36,161 bases of DNA from Burkholderiales bacterium (lineage in GTDB: Bacteria > Pseudomonadota > Gammaproteobacteria > Burkholderiales > JAEUOS01): positions 1 to 36,161 of the forward strand of contig CANGUJ010000002.1 of the NCBI GenBank assembly GCA_947456845.1, written 5' to 3'. The position numbers and the translations under genes were made by a program. This document shows positions 1 through 8,906 of this stretch, piece after piece. The notes below the pieces were generated by a model. The model was not told the origin of the DNA. It worked only from the letters and a program-made list of their open reading frames with translations, and made no database searches. The first letter of the stretch is position 1. Each line of letters opens with the position of its first letter.

Positions 1-357
1 AGGGTGAGCTACTCCACCGGCCCGTCGGGCGTCTACCTGGAAAAGCTGTTCCAGCGCTGGGGCATCCTCGCCGACATCAAGCCGCGCCTGGTGCTGGCGC
101 CGCCCGGCGTTCCGGTCGGATCGCTGCTGGCCCAGGGCGAAGCGGACCTGGGCTTCCAGCAGTTGTCGGAGCTCAAGCACCTGCCGGGCATCGACATCCT
201 GGGGCCGCTGCCGCCGGCCATCCAGCTCATCACCACCTTCTCGGCCGGCGTGTCAGTGCGCTGCAGCCGCGCGGCCGATATCGCGGCCATGCTTGAATAC
301 ATGAATTCAGCCGCGGCGCTTGCCGCCAAGTCGGACGCAGGCATGGATCCTGCCTGA
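1..357 (+). CDS. periplasmic substrate-binding protein, ModA/PBP2-like, C-terminal fragment (5' end outside window)
   Basis: The frame is open from the window edge to TGA 355-357 (ORF track 4..357) with GC3-rich codon usage. The C-terminal sequence GEADLGFQQLSEL...GPLP...TFSAGV resembles type-2 periplasmic binding proteins of the molybdate-binding-like family (recollection only). Confidence 0.5.
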   Translation, partial: RVSYSTGPSGVYLEKLFQRWGILADIKPRLVLAPPGVPVGSLLAQGEADLGFQQLSELKHLPGIDILGPLPPAIQLITTFSAGVSVRCSRAADIAAMLEYMNSAAALAAKSDAGMDPA

Positions 358-432
358 TGGCCAACGGCCCGGCTTTGCCCTGACAACCCGCGCGCGCCGC
401 TTGTCCAAGCCCCATTTCCGGAAGAACCCGAC

Positions 433-1422
433 ATGCAAAGACGTGATTTCACACTCGCCGCGCTGGCCAGCCTGTCCGGCGCAGGCAGCATCCTGAACTC
501 CGCACACGCCCAATCCCCCTGGTCGCCGAACAAGCCGCTGAAATTGGTAGTCGCCGCCGCGCCGGGCAGCCCGCCCGACGTGACGGCGCGCCCCCTGGCG
601 GAGCAATTGTCGGCCTCCCTCGGCCAGCCGGTGCTGGTGGAAAACCGGCCCGGTGCCGGCGGCATCGTCGGCATGGAAGCCGTGCTGCGCAGCGCACCGG
701 ATGGCTACACCATCGGCCTGGCGTCCCAGTCGCAGATGGTGTTCAACCAGCACCTGTTCGAGAAACTGCCCTACGACGCGACGCGCGACGTGCAGCCGGT
801 GATCCGCCTGGCCAGCGTCGCCATCGTGCTGGTCGCGCACCCGTCGGTCCCGGCCGATTCGCTTCGGGACCTGGTGACGCTGTCGCGCAATCGCCCCAAC
901 CCGCTGCAGATTGCCGTGGCACCGCTGGGCCAGCCACCGCATGTCTTGGGGCTGCTGGCACAAAGCGAGGCCAACCTTCGCCTTGACTGGCTGCCCTTCA
1001 AGGGCGGTGTCGAGGCCGTGGCCGCCTGCCGCGCCGGCGACATTCCGCTGGCTGTCGAAGCGCCGTCGACGGTGGTGCCGCACATCAAGGCCGGCACCCT
1101 CAAGGCGCTGGCAGTCACCGGCACCGCGCGTGAGCCCACCCTGCCCGATGTGCCCACCATCAGCGAGATTCTCGGCCGGCGCATTCCAGGCGAGACCTGG
1201 TTTGGCCTGGTACTGCCGCGCGGCAGCGCGCCCGAGGTGGTGGCACGCCTGCAGCGCGACGCGGCCGCCGCTATTGCCAAGCCCGAGATGCGCGCTGTTT
1301 ACAGCCGTTTCGGCTGGCGCCTCATAGACGGTTCGTCGCCGGAAGAATTCGCCGCCACCGTGCGCGAGGAAGGACCGCGCTGGGGCGAGATCATCCGCAA
1401 GGCCGGCCTGAAGCTGGGTTGA
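433..1422 (+). CDS. Bug/TctC-family tripartite tricarboxylate transporter (TTT) substrate-binding protein
   Basis: 329-aa ORF with an RR-containing signal peptide (MQRRDFTLAALASL...AHAQ). It carries the family signature LGQPVLVENRPGAGG...APDGYT and has the ~325-aa size typical of Bug proteins. Confidence 0.9.
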   Translation: MQRRDFTLAALASLSGAGSILNSAHAQSPWSPNKPLKLVVAAAPGSPPDVTARPLAEQLSASLGQPVLVENRPGAGGIVGMEAVLRSAPDGYTIGLASQSQMVFNQHLFEKLPYDATRDVQPVIRLASVAIVLVAHPSVPADSLRDLVTLSRNRPNPLQIAVAPLGQPPHVLGLLAQSEANLRLDWLPFKGGVEAVAACRAGDIPLAVEAPSTVVPHIKAGTLKALAVTGTAREPTLPDVPTISEILGRRIPGETWFGLVLPRGSAPEVVARLQRDAAAAIAKPEMRAVYSRFGWRLIDGSSPEEFAATVREEGPRWGEIIRKAGLKLG

Positions 1423-1449
1423 GACTCCTCCAGGCGGCGAAGACGATTC

Positions 1450-2787
1450 ATGCGCAATAGCACCATCGCCAATCCGGCTGACCTCGTGCGCGAGGACCGG
1501 GTTCACCACTCGGTCTACAGCGACCCGGCCATTTTCGAACTCGAGATGGAGCGCCTGTTCGGGCGCGCCTGGCTGCTGCTCGGCCATGAAAGCCAGGTCG
1601 CGAACCCGGGCGACTACATCACCACCCGCATGGCGCGCGAACCGGTGATCCTCACGCGCCACCATGACGGCTCTCTGCAGGTGCTGATCAACCGCTGCAC
1701 CCACCGCGGCGCCCTCTTGGCCCATGAAGCGCGCGGCAACGCCAGGCAGCTGGTATGCCCATATCACGGCTGGGTGTTCGATACCAATGGCACGCTGCGC
1801 AACGTGCCGGTCGCGCAAGGCTACGGCAAGGATGCGCAAGCCACTTTCGCCGGTCTGGGGCTGGCCAAGGTGCCGCGCGTCTCCTCCTACCGCGGCTTCG
1901 TGTTCGCCTCGCTCGCCGCGACCGGACCCGACCTTGTGGAATTCCTCGGGCCGATCGCCTCCTCCTTTGACGACATGGTCGATCGCGCGCCGGACGGCGA
2001 GATCGAGTTTGCCGGCGGTGTCTTCAAACATGCCTACAACGGCAACTGGAAGCTGGTGCTGGAAAACCACCTCGACGGCATCCATCCCAATTCCGTGCAT
2101 GCCTCTTCGGTGGATGCGGCCCGCGCCGTACCCGACGACCCGGCCGCACGTCCCGGCGCGGAACGCTATGCGGAGATCCCGCTGCGCCAGATGCGCCAGA
2201 ACGGCGCGCCGGAGCCGGTCTGGGAGGCGCTCGGCATCTGGTCCAGCGAATGGGGTCACGGCTATATGGGTGACTACCATTCGGACGCCCGCCTGGTCGC
2301 AGCGATGAACCACCCGGTGTTCGCCGAGTACCGTAGCCGCCTCGAAGCCCGCGTCGGCCCGGCCGAGGCGGTGCGCATCCTTGGCGTCTCGCGCTTCAAC
2401 TCGGTGGTGTACCCGAACGTTTCGTTCATGAGCCAGTACCGGCAGTTGCGCATCGTCCACCCGCTGGCGGTCGACCGCACCGTCGTCTACACCTACAACA
2501 TCCGCCTCAAGGGCGCGCCCGAGCAGATGTATCGCGACACCGTCGCGTTCTCCAACGTGGTCAACGGCACCGCCTCCTGGGTGCTCACCGATGACCTCGA
2601 GGTCTACGAACGCGCCCAGCGCGGCCTGGCCGCCGCGACGCCTGAATGGGTGGTGACCGCGCGCGGCGCGAGCGGCGATGTGGAGGAGCCTGGGGGTTTC
2701 CGGCGCGGCGCCACCGGTACCAGCGAACTCTACATACGCCGCCAGTTCCAGGCCTGGCGCAAGTACATGGCGGAGGCGCCGGCATGA
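1450..2787 (+). CDS. aromatic ring-hydroxylating (Rieske non-heme iron) oxygenase, alpha subunit
   Basis: 445 aa. Rieske motif CTH-x17-CPYH (NRCTHRGALL...LVCPYHGW) and mononuclear iron motif ENHLDGIHPNSVH (D-x2-H-x4-H). Starts 27 nt after the Bug gene. Confidence 0.9.
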   Translation: MRNSTIANPADLVREDRVHHSVYSDPAIFELEMERLFGRAWLLLGHESQVANPGDYITTRMAREPVILTRHHDGSLQVLINRCTHRGALLAHEARGNARQLVCPYHGWVFDTNGTLRNVPVAQGYGKDAQATFAGLGLAKVPRVSSYRGFVFASLAATGPDLVEFLGPIASSFDDMVDRAPDGEIEFAGGVFKHAYNGNWKLVLENHLDGIHPNSVHASSVDAARAVPDDPAARPGAERYAEIPLRQMRQNGAPEPVWEALGIWSSEWGHGYMGDYHSDARLVAAMNHPVFAEYRSRLEARVGPAEAVRILGVSRFNSVVYPNVSFMSQYRQLRIVHPLAVDRTVVYTYNIRLKGAPEQMYRDTVAFSNVVNGTASWVLTDDLEVYERAQRGLAAATPEWVVTARGASGDVEEPGGFRRGATGTSELYIRRQFQAWRKYMAEAPA

Positions 2788-3290
2788 TGCGCCCCGCGCA
2801 GGACGCCTGCGCCGCCGACGCGGCGCTGACGCACGAACTCGCACAGTTCCTGTATCGCGAAGCGCGCCTGCTCGACACCCACCGGCTGGGCGAGTGGCTC
2901 AGCCTGTACGCCGAGGACGCCACCTACTGGGTGCCGCTGGCGCACAACCAGCCCGACCCCTACGGACACTCGTCCATCATGCACGACGACCGCACCCTGA
3001 TGGCCGCCCGCGTGCGCCAGTACGCGCATCCGCGCGCGCACGCGCGCCTGCCGGCCACCCGCACCATTCACCAGGTCGGCAACGTGCTGCTGCTGGAGAA
3101 CGGGCCCGATCACCTGCGCGTGGCCTCGACGCTGGTCGTCATCGAGTACCGCCAGGAACGCCAGCGCCACTGGGGCGCACTGGTGGAACACAGGCTCCGG
3201 CGGACCATCGGCGGATTTCTCATCGCCGCCAAGCGTATCGATCTCGTCAACTCCGAAGCCGAGCTCGACGGAATCACCGTGCTGTTTTGA
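2784..3290 (+). CDS. aromatic ring-hydroxylating oxygenase, beta (small, NTF2-like) subunit
   Basis: The ATG at 2784 overlaps the alpha-subunit stop (ATGA). The 168-aa product (...FLYREARLLDTHRLGEWLSLYAEDATYWVP...) is typical of small subunits. The upstream part of ORF 2646..3290 overlaps alpha and is discarded. Confidence 0.85.
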   Translation: MMRPAQDACAADAALTHELAQFLYREARLLDTHRLGEWLSLYAEDATYWVPLAHNQPDPYGHSSIMHDDRTLMAARVRQYAHPRAHARLPATRTIHQVGNVLLLENGPDHLRVASTLVVIEYRQERQRHWGALVEHRLRRTIGGFLIAAKRIDLVNSEAELDGITVLF

Positions 3291-3305
3291 ATCAGGATTG
3301 ACGCC

Positions 3306-5483
3306 ATGGAACGTTCCTTCAAGGAAGAAATCAAGCTTCTGCGCCTGAAACAGGGCGACACCTTCCACGGCGAGGGCATCCTCGCCGTGACCAAGGCGCT
3401 GCTGCAGTCCGGCGTGTCCTACGTGGGCGGCTACCAGGGCGCGCCGATCTCGCACCTGATCGACGTGCTGGCCGACGCGCGCGAGCTGATGGACGAGATG
3501 GGTATCCACTTCGAGGCCAACGCCTCGGAGGCCGGCGCCGCGGCCATGCTGGCGGCCTCGATCAACTACCCGGTGCGCGGCGCGGTGACCTGGAAATCCA
3601 CCGTCGGCACCAATGTGGCCTCCGACGCGCTGGCTAACCTGGCCTCCTCGGGCGTCAAGGGCGGCGCGGTGATCATCATCGGCGAGGACTACGGCGAAGG
3701 CTCATCGATCATGCAGGAGCGCAGCCACGCCTTCGCGATGAAGTCGCAGATGTGGCTGCTCGACCCGCGCCCCAACCTGCCCTCGATCGTGCGTTCGGTG
3801 GAGAAGGCCTTCGAACTGTCGGAAGCCTCGAATACGCCGGTGATGGTCGAACTGCGCATCCGCGCCTGCCATGTGCACGGCGCCTTCGAGTGCAAGGACA
3901 ACCGGCCGCCGGCGATCTCGCGCCTGGCTACCATGACCGAGCCCGCCTTCGACTACGGCAACATCGTGCTGCCGCCTTCGTCCTACGCGCAGGAAAAACA
4001 CAAGATCGAGAAGCGCTGGCCGGCGGCGGTGGAATTCATCAAGCGCGAAAGGCTCAACGAAACATTCGCCGGAGAAAGCCTCGACGGGCAGGGGGCGCTC
4101 ACAGACCTCGGCATCGTGCTGCAGGGCGGCATGTACAACGCTGTGATCCGCGCCCTGCAGCAGCTGGGCCTGGCGGATGCCTACGGCGCCTCCCGCGTGC
4201 CGCTCTACGTGATGAACGTGACCTATCCGCTGATCCCGGAAGAGCTCACTGCGTTTTGCGCGAGCAGGAAGTCGGTGCTGGTGGTCGAGGAAGGCCAGCC
4301 GAACTACATCGAGGATGCGCTGCACGCCATCCTGCGCCGCGCAGACGTGCAGACCCGGTTGTACGGCAAGGAGGAGGCCATTGGCGTACCGGCAGGCGAG
4401 ACCGGCGTGTTCCCCATGGCCGGCGAGTACACCGGCGAGGTGATGCTGCGCGCCCTGGCGAGGTACTTCGCCGCGACCGGCGCCGCCGGCCTCGACACCG
4501 AGCGGCTGGCCGCCCCGCAACGCACCGCGGATCTCAAGAAGCGCGCCGCTGAATTGCTCGGCGCCCCGGTGCCCAACCGCCCGCCGGGATTCTGCGTCGG
4601 CTGCCCGGAGCGCCCGGTGTTCTCGGCCATGAAGCTGCTGGAACGGGAGGCAGGCAGCTATCACGTATCCGCCGACATCGGCTGCCACCTGTTCTCCAGC
4701 CTGCCGCCGTTCAACATCGGCAACACGGTGCTGGGCTACGGCCTGGGACTGGCGTCGAACTCCGCCATCGGCCCGCTGTTCAACAAGCGCAGCATCACCG
4801 TGATGGGCGACGGCGGCTTCTGGCACAACGGCCTGTCATCCGGCGTATCCAACGCGGTGTTCAACAACGACGACGGCATCCTGGTCATCATGAAGAACGG
4901 CTACTCCTCGGCCACCGGCACCCAGGAGCTGCCCTCGTCGCCGCACCAGAGCCAGGAACATCGCGCCACCGACATGGGCATCGAGCGCACCCTGGCCGGC
5001 ATGGGCGTGAAGTGGATGAAGGTGGTGGACAACTACAAGGTGGGCAATACGCTCAGGGTGCTGCGCGAGGCGATGACCACGCCCTTCAACGGCCTGAAGG
5101 TGATCGTGGCCGAAGGCGAATGCCAGCTGGAAAAGCAGCGGCGGCTGAAGCCCGTCAATGCCGAGAAGATCAAGCGCGGCGAGCGGGTGGTGCGGGTGCG
5201 CTACGGCGTCGACGAGGACACCTGCACGGGCGACCACTCCTGCATACGCCTCTCCGGCTGCCCTTCGCTCACCATCAAGGACTCCGCCGATCCCTTGCGG
5301 CTGGACCCGGTGGCGCATGTCAACAACGGCTGCGTGGGCTGCGGCCTGTGCGGCGAGGTGTCGCACGCGGCGACGCTGTGTCCCTCTTTCTTCCGCGCCG
5401 AGATCGTGCACAATGCCGGCGCCTGGGACCGCTTCAAGGCGAAAATCCGCGCCGCCGTAATCGGCGTGCTGCAGCCCGCATGA
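3306..5483 (+). CDS. IorA-type 2-oxoacid:ferredoxin oxidoreductase alpha subunit (indolepyruvate ferredoxin oxidoreductase family, TPP and 4Fe-4S binding), copy 1
   Basis: 725 aa. TPP motif GDGGFWHNGLSSGVSNAVFNNDDG. C-terminal Cys clusters CTGDHSCIRLSGCP and CVGCGLCGEVSHAATLCP. AGGA-like RBS 9-12 nt upstream, and a 15-nt gap after the oxygenase beta gene. Confidence 0.9.
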   Translation: MERSFKEEIKLLRLKQGDTFHGEGILAVTKALLQSGVSYVGGYQGAPISHLIDVLADARELMDEMGIHFEANASEAGAAAMLAASINYPVRGAVTWKSTVGTNVASDALANLASSGVKGGAVIIIGEDYGEGSSIMQERSHAFAMKSQMWLLDPRPNLPSIVRSVEKAFELSEASNTPVMVELRIRACHVHGAFECKDNRPPAISRLATMTEPAFDYGNIVLPPSSYAQEKHKIEKRWPAAVEFIKRERLNETFAGESLDGQGALTDLGIVLQGGMYNAVIRALQQLGLADAYGASRVPLYVMNVTYPLIPEELTAFCASRKSVLVVEEGQPNYIEDALHAILRRADVQTRLYGKEEAIGVPAGETGVFPMAGEYTGEVMLRALARYFAATGAAGLDTERLAAPQRTADLKKRAAELLGAPVPNRPPGFCVGCPERPVFSAMKLLEREAGSYHVSADIGCHLFSSLPPFNIGNTVLGYGLGLASNSAIGPLFNKRSITVMGDGGFWHNGLSSGVSNAVFNNDDGILVIMKNGYSSATGTQELPSSPHQSQEHRATDMGIERTLAGMGVKWMKVVDNYKVGNTLRVLREAMTTPFNGLKVIVAEGECQLEKQRRLKPVNAEKIKRGERVVRVRYGVDEDTCTGDHSCIRLSGCPSLTIKDSADPLRLDPVAHVNNGCVGCGLCGEVSHAATLCPSFFRAEIVHNAGAWDRFKAKIRAAVIGVLQPA

Positions 5484-7042
5484 GCACCATGACCCGCGAC
5501 CAAGACACCCGCCCCGTCACCATACTCGTGGCCGCGCTGGGCGGCGAGGGCGGCGGTGTGCTGGCCGACTGGCTGCGCGACGTCGCCGTGGCCGCGCACC
5601 TGCCGGTGCAGAGCACATCGATTCCCGGCGTGGCGCAGCGCACCGGCGCCACCACCTATTACCTCGAGATTTTCCCCCGGACCGAGACAGGCGCGCCGGC
5701 GAAGCGACCGGTCTTCGCCCTCACCCCTGCGCCGGGCAATGTCGATCTCATGGTCGCCTCGGAACTCGTCGAAGCGGGCCGCGCCATGCAGAACGGCTTC
5801 GTGAGCGCCCGCACCACGCTCATCAGTTCCACCCACCGCATCTACGCCACCTCGGAGAAGATGCCCATGGGCGACGGCCGCTACGATGGCCAGCGGGTGA
5901 TCGACGCGGCGCTCGAGCTGGCGGGCAATGCCGTGCTGTTCGACATGGCGCGCGCCGCGCAGCAGGCGGGCACCGTGATATCGGCCGTCATGTTCGGCGC
6001 CATCGCCGCCGTGCTCGAGAAGACCCGCGCCCTGCCCATCACCCGCGCCGCCTGCGAGGCGGCCATCCGGGCCTCCGGCAAAGGGGTCGAGGCGAGCCTG
6101 CGCGGCTTTTCGGCAGGCTATGCGGCGGGCATGGGGGCGGTGGCCGAATCCGCAGCGCCCTTGCCGGCAACTCCGGTGCCGGCCAAGATCCCGACCGACG
6201 CGTTCCATCCCGCCGCGCGCGCCATCGTGGCCGAAGGCATCCGGCGGACCGCCGACTACCAGGACGATGCCTACGCCACGCTCTACATCCGGCGCCTGGA
6301 GCGGGTCGCAGCGCTCGACCGGGGCGACGGCACGCTGACCGCCGAGACGGCCCGTTATCTGGCCTTGTGGATGAGCTTCGAGGACGTGATCCGCGTGGCG
6401 GACCTGAAGACCCGCAAGGCCCGTTTCGAGCGGGTGCGTGACGAGGTGCAGGCCAGGCCGCACGAACCGCTCCACATCATCGAGTTCCTGAAACCCGGCC
6501 TCGACGAAATCGCCGGCATGCTGCCGCCTTCGCTGAGCCGGCGCTTCCATGCCTGGGCCGTGCGCCGCGGCTGGGCGGAAAGGCTTTCGCTCGGCATGCA
6601 CGTCAAGACCCACTCGATATCCGGCTTTCTGCTGCTACGGGCCCTGGCCGGCATGCGTTTCTGGCGCAGGCGCACCGCCCGCTACGCCGACGAGCAGGCC
6701 CTGATCGAACGCTGGCTAGCGGCGATCGTTGCGGCCGCGCCGCGCAGCCAGCGCCTGGCATTCGAGATCGCCCTGACCGCGCGCCTTATCAAGGGCTACA
6801 GTGACACCCACAAGCGCGGCGCCGCGAACTTCACCCGCATATTCGATACGCTCGTCGAGGGCGACGCGGTGGCGGGCGACGACGCCCGGGCCGATGCCAT
6901 CTTCGCCGCGCGCGAGGCGGCCCTGGCGGACCCCGAAGGCAAGAACCTTGACGCCACGCTCACGCGGCACGGCATCAAGCCGCGCCCGCCGCGCGAACAG
7001 CCGATCCGGTTCGTTAAGCCCGCCTTGCGCGAACGCGGCTGA
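5480..7042 (+). CDS. IorB-type 2-oxoacid:ferredoxin oxidoreductase beta subunit (PFOR-gamma-like N-domain plus long C-terminal domain), copy 1
   Basis: The ATG at 5480 overlaps the IorA stop (ATGA). The N-terminus MSTMTRDQDTRPVTILVAALGGEGGGVLADW has the GGxGxG motif of OFOR gamma-type domains. 520 aa. The long upstream extension of ORF 5012..7042 lies inside iorA and is rejected. Confidence 0.85.
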   Translation: MSTMTRDQDTRPVTILVAALGGEGGGVLADWLRDVAVAAHLPVQSTSIPGVAQRTGATTYYLEIFPRTETGAPAKRPVFALTPAPGNVDLMVASELVEAGRAMQNGFVSARTTLISSTHRIYATSEKMPMGDGRYDGQRVIDAALELAGNAVLFDMARAAQQAGTVISAVMFGAIAAVLEKTRALPITRAACEAAIRASGKGVEASLRGFSAGYAAGMGAVAESAAPLPATPVPAKIPTDAFHPAARAIVAEGIRRTADYQDDAYATLYIRRLERVAALDRGDGTLTAETARYLALWMSFEDVIRVADLKTRKARFERVRDEVQARPHEPLHIIEFLKPGLDEIAGMLPPSLSRRFHAWAVRRGWAERLSLGMHVKTHSISGFLLLRALAGMRFWRRRTARYADEQALIERWLAAIVAAAPRSQRLAFEIALTARLIKGYSDTHKRGAANFTRIFDTLVEGDAVAGDDARADAIFAAREAALADPEGKNLDATLTRHGIKPRPPREQPIRFVKPALRERG

Positions 7043-7114
7043 CAGCACGCCGGCCGGCAAGGCCGAGCCGCCGACCTGCGGCCCGGAGCCCGTCCCGCGG
7101 ACAGTTCGGCCCGC

Positions 7115-7969
7115 TCAGGCCTGGGCCAGCCCACCTTCGACGGCACGCGCCGGAGGAATCGAGCGCCAGGAGTCCGCCTGCGCGCCCACCGAGCGCAACT
7201 GCTGCCAAGTCTCGGAAATTTTCACCGATTCCGCCCACAGCAGGTCCGCGATGCGCCTGCGGCGTTCCGGCGGCATACGCGAAATGACGGCCGTCAGGCA
7301 GATCGACGCGATCGGCCGGCGCTGGGCGTCGAGCACCGGCACGCCGATCGCGCACATGGTCGGGTAGGCCTCCATGGTGTTGACGGCATAGTTGCGGGCG
7401 CGGGCGTCGCTGACCCGCGTGCGCAATTGCGCAGCAGTGTAGAGGTCGTGGCCGGCCAGACGCCCGGCGTTGTACTCGATGATTTCGTCCACCTCGTTGT
7501 CCGGCAGGAAGGCCAGGAGCGGCATGCTGAACGCGCCCACCCCGAGCGGCCAGCGGTCCTGCACGCTCAGACGCAAGGTCTTTTCCGGATAGGTTCCCTC
7601 GTGCATCGCCAGGCACAACCCATCGTAGCCGCTGCGGATGGCCAGGTAGACCGTGTCCTCGGTCTGGTCGCGGATACGCTCGAGCGCCACGTGCGCCAGC
7701 GAGCGGATGTCGAAACGATCGCCCATTGATGCATGCAGCGCGAAGACGCCCACGCCGATGCGGTAGTTGCGGGTGAGTTCGTCCTGTTCGAGCAGGCCTT
7801 CCTCGCAAAGGGCTCTGAGCATGCGGTGCACCGTGGCCTTCTGAAGGCCACTGGCGAGAACGGCCTCGCCCAGCGTGGCGCCGCGCCCGGCAAACGAGGC
7901 CACCACGCGCAGGATCTGCGCGGCGCGGCGAATGCTCTGCGCTCCGTCGACCTGAGCGTTTGCCCGCAT
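7115..7969 (-). CDS. IclR-family transcriptional regulator
   Basis: wHTH segment ATLGEAVLASGLQKATVHRMLRALCEEGLLEQD followed by an IclR-type effector domain. ORF track gives 7115..8032, but the first 21 codons use AT-rich codons atypical for this genome, so the ATG at 7969 (MRANAQVDG...) is preferred. Alternative starts are 7984 and 8032. Confidence 0.85.
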   Translation of the reverse strand: MRANAQVDGAQSIRRAAQILRVVASFAGRGATLGEAVLASGLQKATVHRMLRALCEEGLLEQDELTRNYRIGVGVFALHASMGDRFDIRSLAHVALERIRDQTEDTVYLAIRSGYDGLCLAMHEGTYPEKTLRLSVQDRWPLGVGAFSMPLLAFLPDNEVDEIIEYNAGRLAGHDLYTAAQLRTRVSDARARNYAVNTMEAYPTMCAIGVPVLDAQRRPIASICLTAVISRMPPERRRRIADLLWAESVKISETWQQLRSVGAQADSWRSIPPARAVEGGLAQA

Positions 7970-8082
7970 GCCATGTCTCATCATATGGACCGGTTGGAAT
8001 GGATTGACCGTGCTCTTATAACCCATATACACTCAACACGCAATTGATCTGTCCACCCGGCAAGCCTGCGCGGGTATCGATT

Positions 8083-8093
8083 TTGCACTGCAA
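8083..8093. promoter_or_regulatory. 11-bp palindrome TTGCACTGCAA in the IclR/hydrolase divergent intergenic region (candidate operator)
   Basis: Perfect dyad TTGCA-C-TGCAA located 16 nt upstream of the hydrolase ATG, in the 8033-8108 gap between divergent genes. The operator role is inferred. Confidence 0.3.
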
Positions 8094-8108
8094 CGAATAT
8101 TCCACCAT

Positions 8109-8906
8109 ATGGACCAAGCAACCATTTCCTCCCGCGGCGCGACACTCCACGCCATCGCAGCCGGCCCCGCCGGGGCGCCGGCGGTCGTACTCATGGGCTC
8201 GCTGGCCTCGGACACCACGAGTTGGGCGTCGCAAATCGAGGCCCTCGCGGGCGCCGGATTGCGCGCCATCAGCTTCGACTTTCGCGGCCATGGCGCCTCG
8301 TCGACCGCGCCGCCCCCCTTCACGCTCGAACTGTTCATGGACGATCTGCGCGCGACGTGCCGCCACTTCGGCGTCACGCGGCCGCATCTGGTGGGGCTCT
8401 CGCTCGGCGGCATGGTCGCCATGCACGCGGCCATCCACGCGGGCGCCGACTATGCCGGCATCGTGGTCGCTTCGGCCCGGGCGCACATGCCCGAGGCGGC
8501 GGCCAATGCATGGGTCGCGCGCGCGGCCGAGGTGCGGCGGGACGGCGTGGGCATTGTGGTCGACGGCTCGATCGAACGTTGGTTCACCGAGGCGTTCCGC
8601 CAGGCACACCCGGAGGCGGTGCAGGCGGCTCGCGAAATGATCCTGCGCACCGATGCCGCCGCCTATGCGGACTGCATCGACATCGTGCGCAGCGTCGACC
8701 TGCTGCGCCATCTGCCGTCGGTGCGCCTGCCGGCCCTCTACCTGGTGGGCGAGCACGACCTGGCGGCCACGCCGGCAGAAATGGGCGACATGGCTGCGCG
8801 CACACCCGGCGCCCGGCTGGAAATCATCCCGGCGGCGGCGCACATGCCGGCGATCGAGCAGCCGGCCGCATTCAACGCCTGCCTGCTCGGTTTTCTCGGC
8901 AAGTGA
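8109..8906 (+). CDS. alpha/beta-fold hydrolase, 3-oxoadipate enol-lactonase (PcaD)-like
   Basis: 265 aa. Nucleophile elbow GLSLGGMVA and oxyanion-region motif VVLMGSLAS. Overall layout matches PcaD-type lactonases/esterases. Confidence 0.85.
   Translation: MDQATISSRGATLHAIAAGPAGAPAVVLMGSLASDTTSWASQIEALAGAGLRAISFDFRGHGASSTAPPPFTLELFMDDLRATCRHFGVTRPHLVGLSLGGMVAMHAAIHAGADYAGIVVASARAHMPEAAANAWVARAAEVRRDGVGIVVDGSIERWFTEAFRQAHPEAVQAAREMILRTDAAAYADCIDIVRSVDLLRHLPSVRLPALYLVGEHDLAATPAEMGDMAARTPGARLEIIPAAAHMPAIEQPAAFNACLLGFLGK

Noticed and set aside
307-2844. 845-aa minus-strand ORF, the longest ORF in the left part of the window
   Set aside because: It lies antisense to two well-supported genes (Bug protein and Rieske alpha). 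Its composition is dominated by Arg/Ala/Gly/His with no recognisable motifs. This is the typical stop-codon-poor antisense frame of a high-GC genome.
3702-4826. Long antisense ORFs inside both iorA paralogs (3702..4826 and 22235..23578) with similar N-termini (MPEAAVAHHGD... / MPEAAVAHDGD...)
   Set aside because: The apparent conservation only mirrors sense-strand paralogy. Both are Arg/Ala/Gly-rich and lack starts with RBS. Conservation of an antisense frame between paralogs is not independent evidence for coding.
5012-5479. N-terminal extensions suggested by the ORF track for many genes (5012, 8222, 11522, 12445, 13542, 19726, 21854, 23017; minus-strand 27571, 28217, 31336)
   Set aside because: The extensions overlap the preceding gene in another frame and have Arg/Pro/Gly-rich junk composition. 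Internal starts give canonical N-termini, ATGA/GTGA coupling or a proper RBS, so the shorter models were used.
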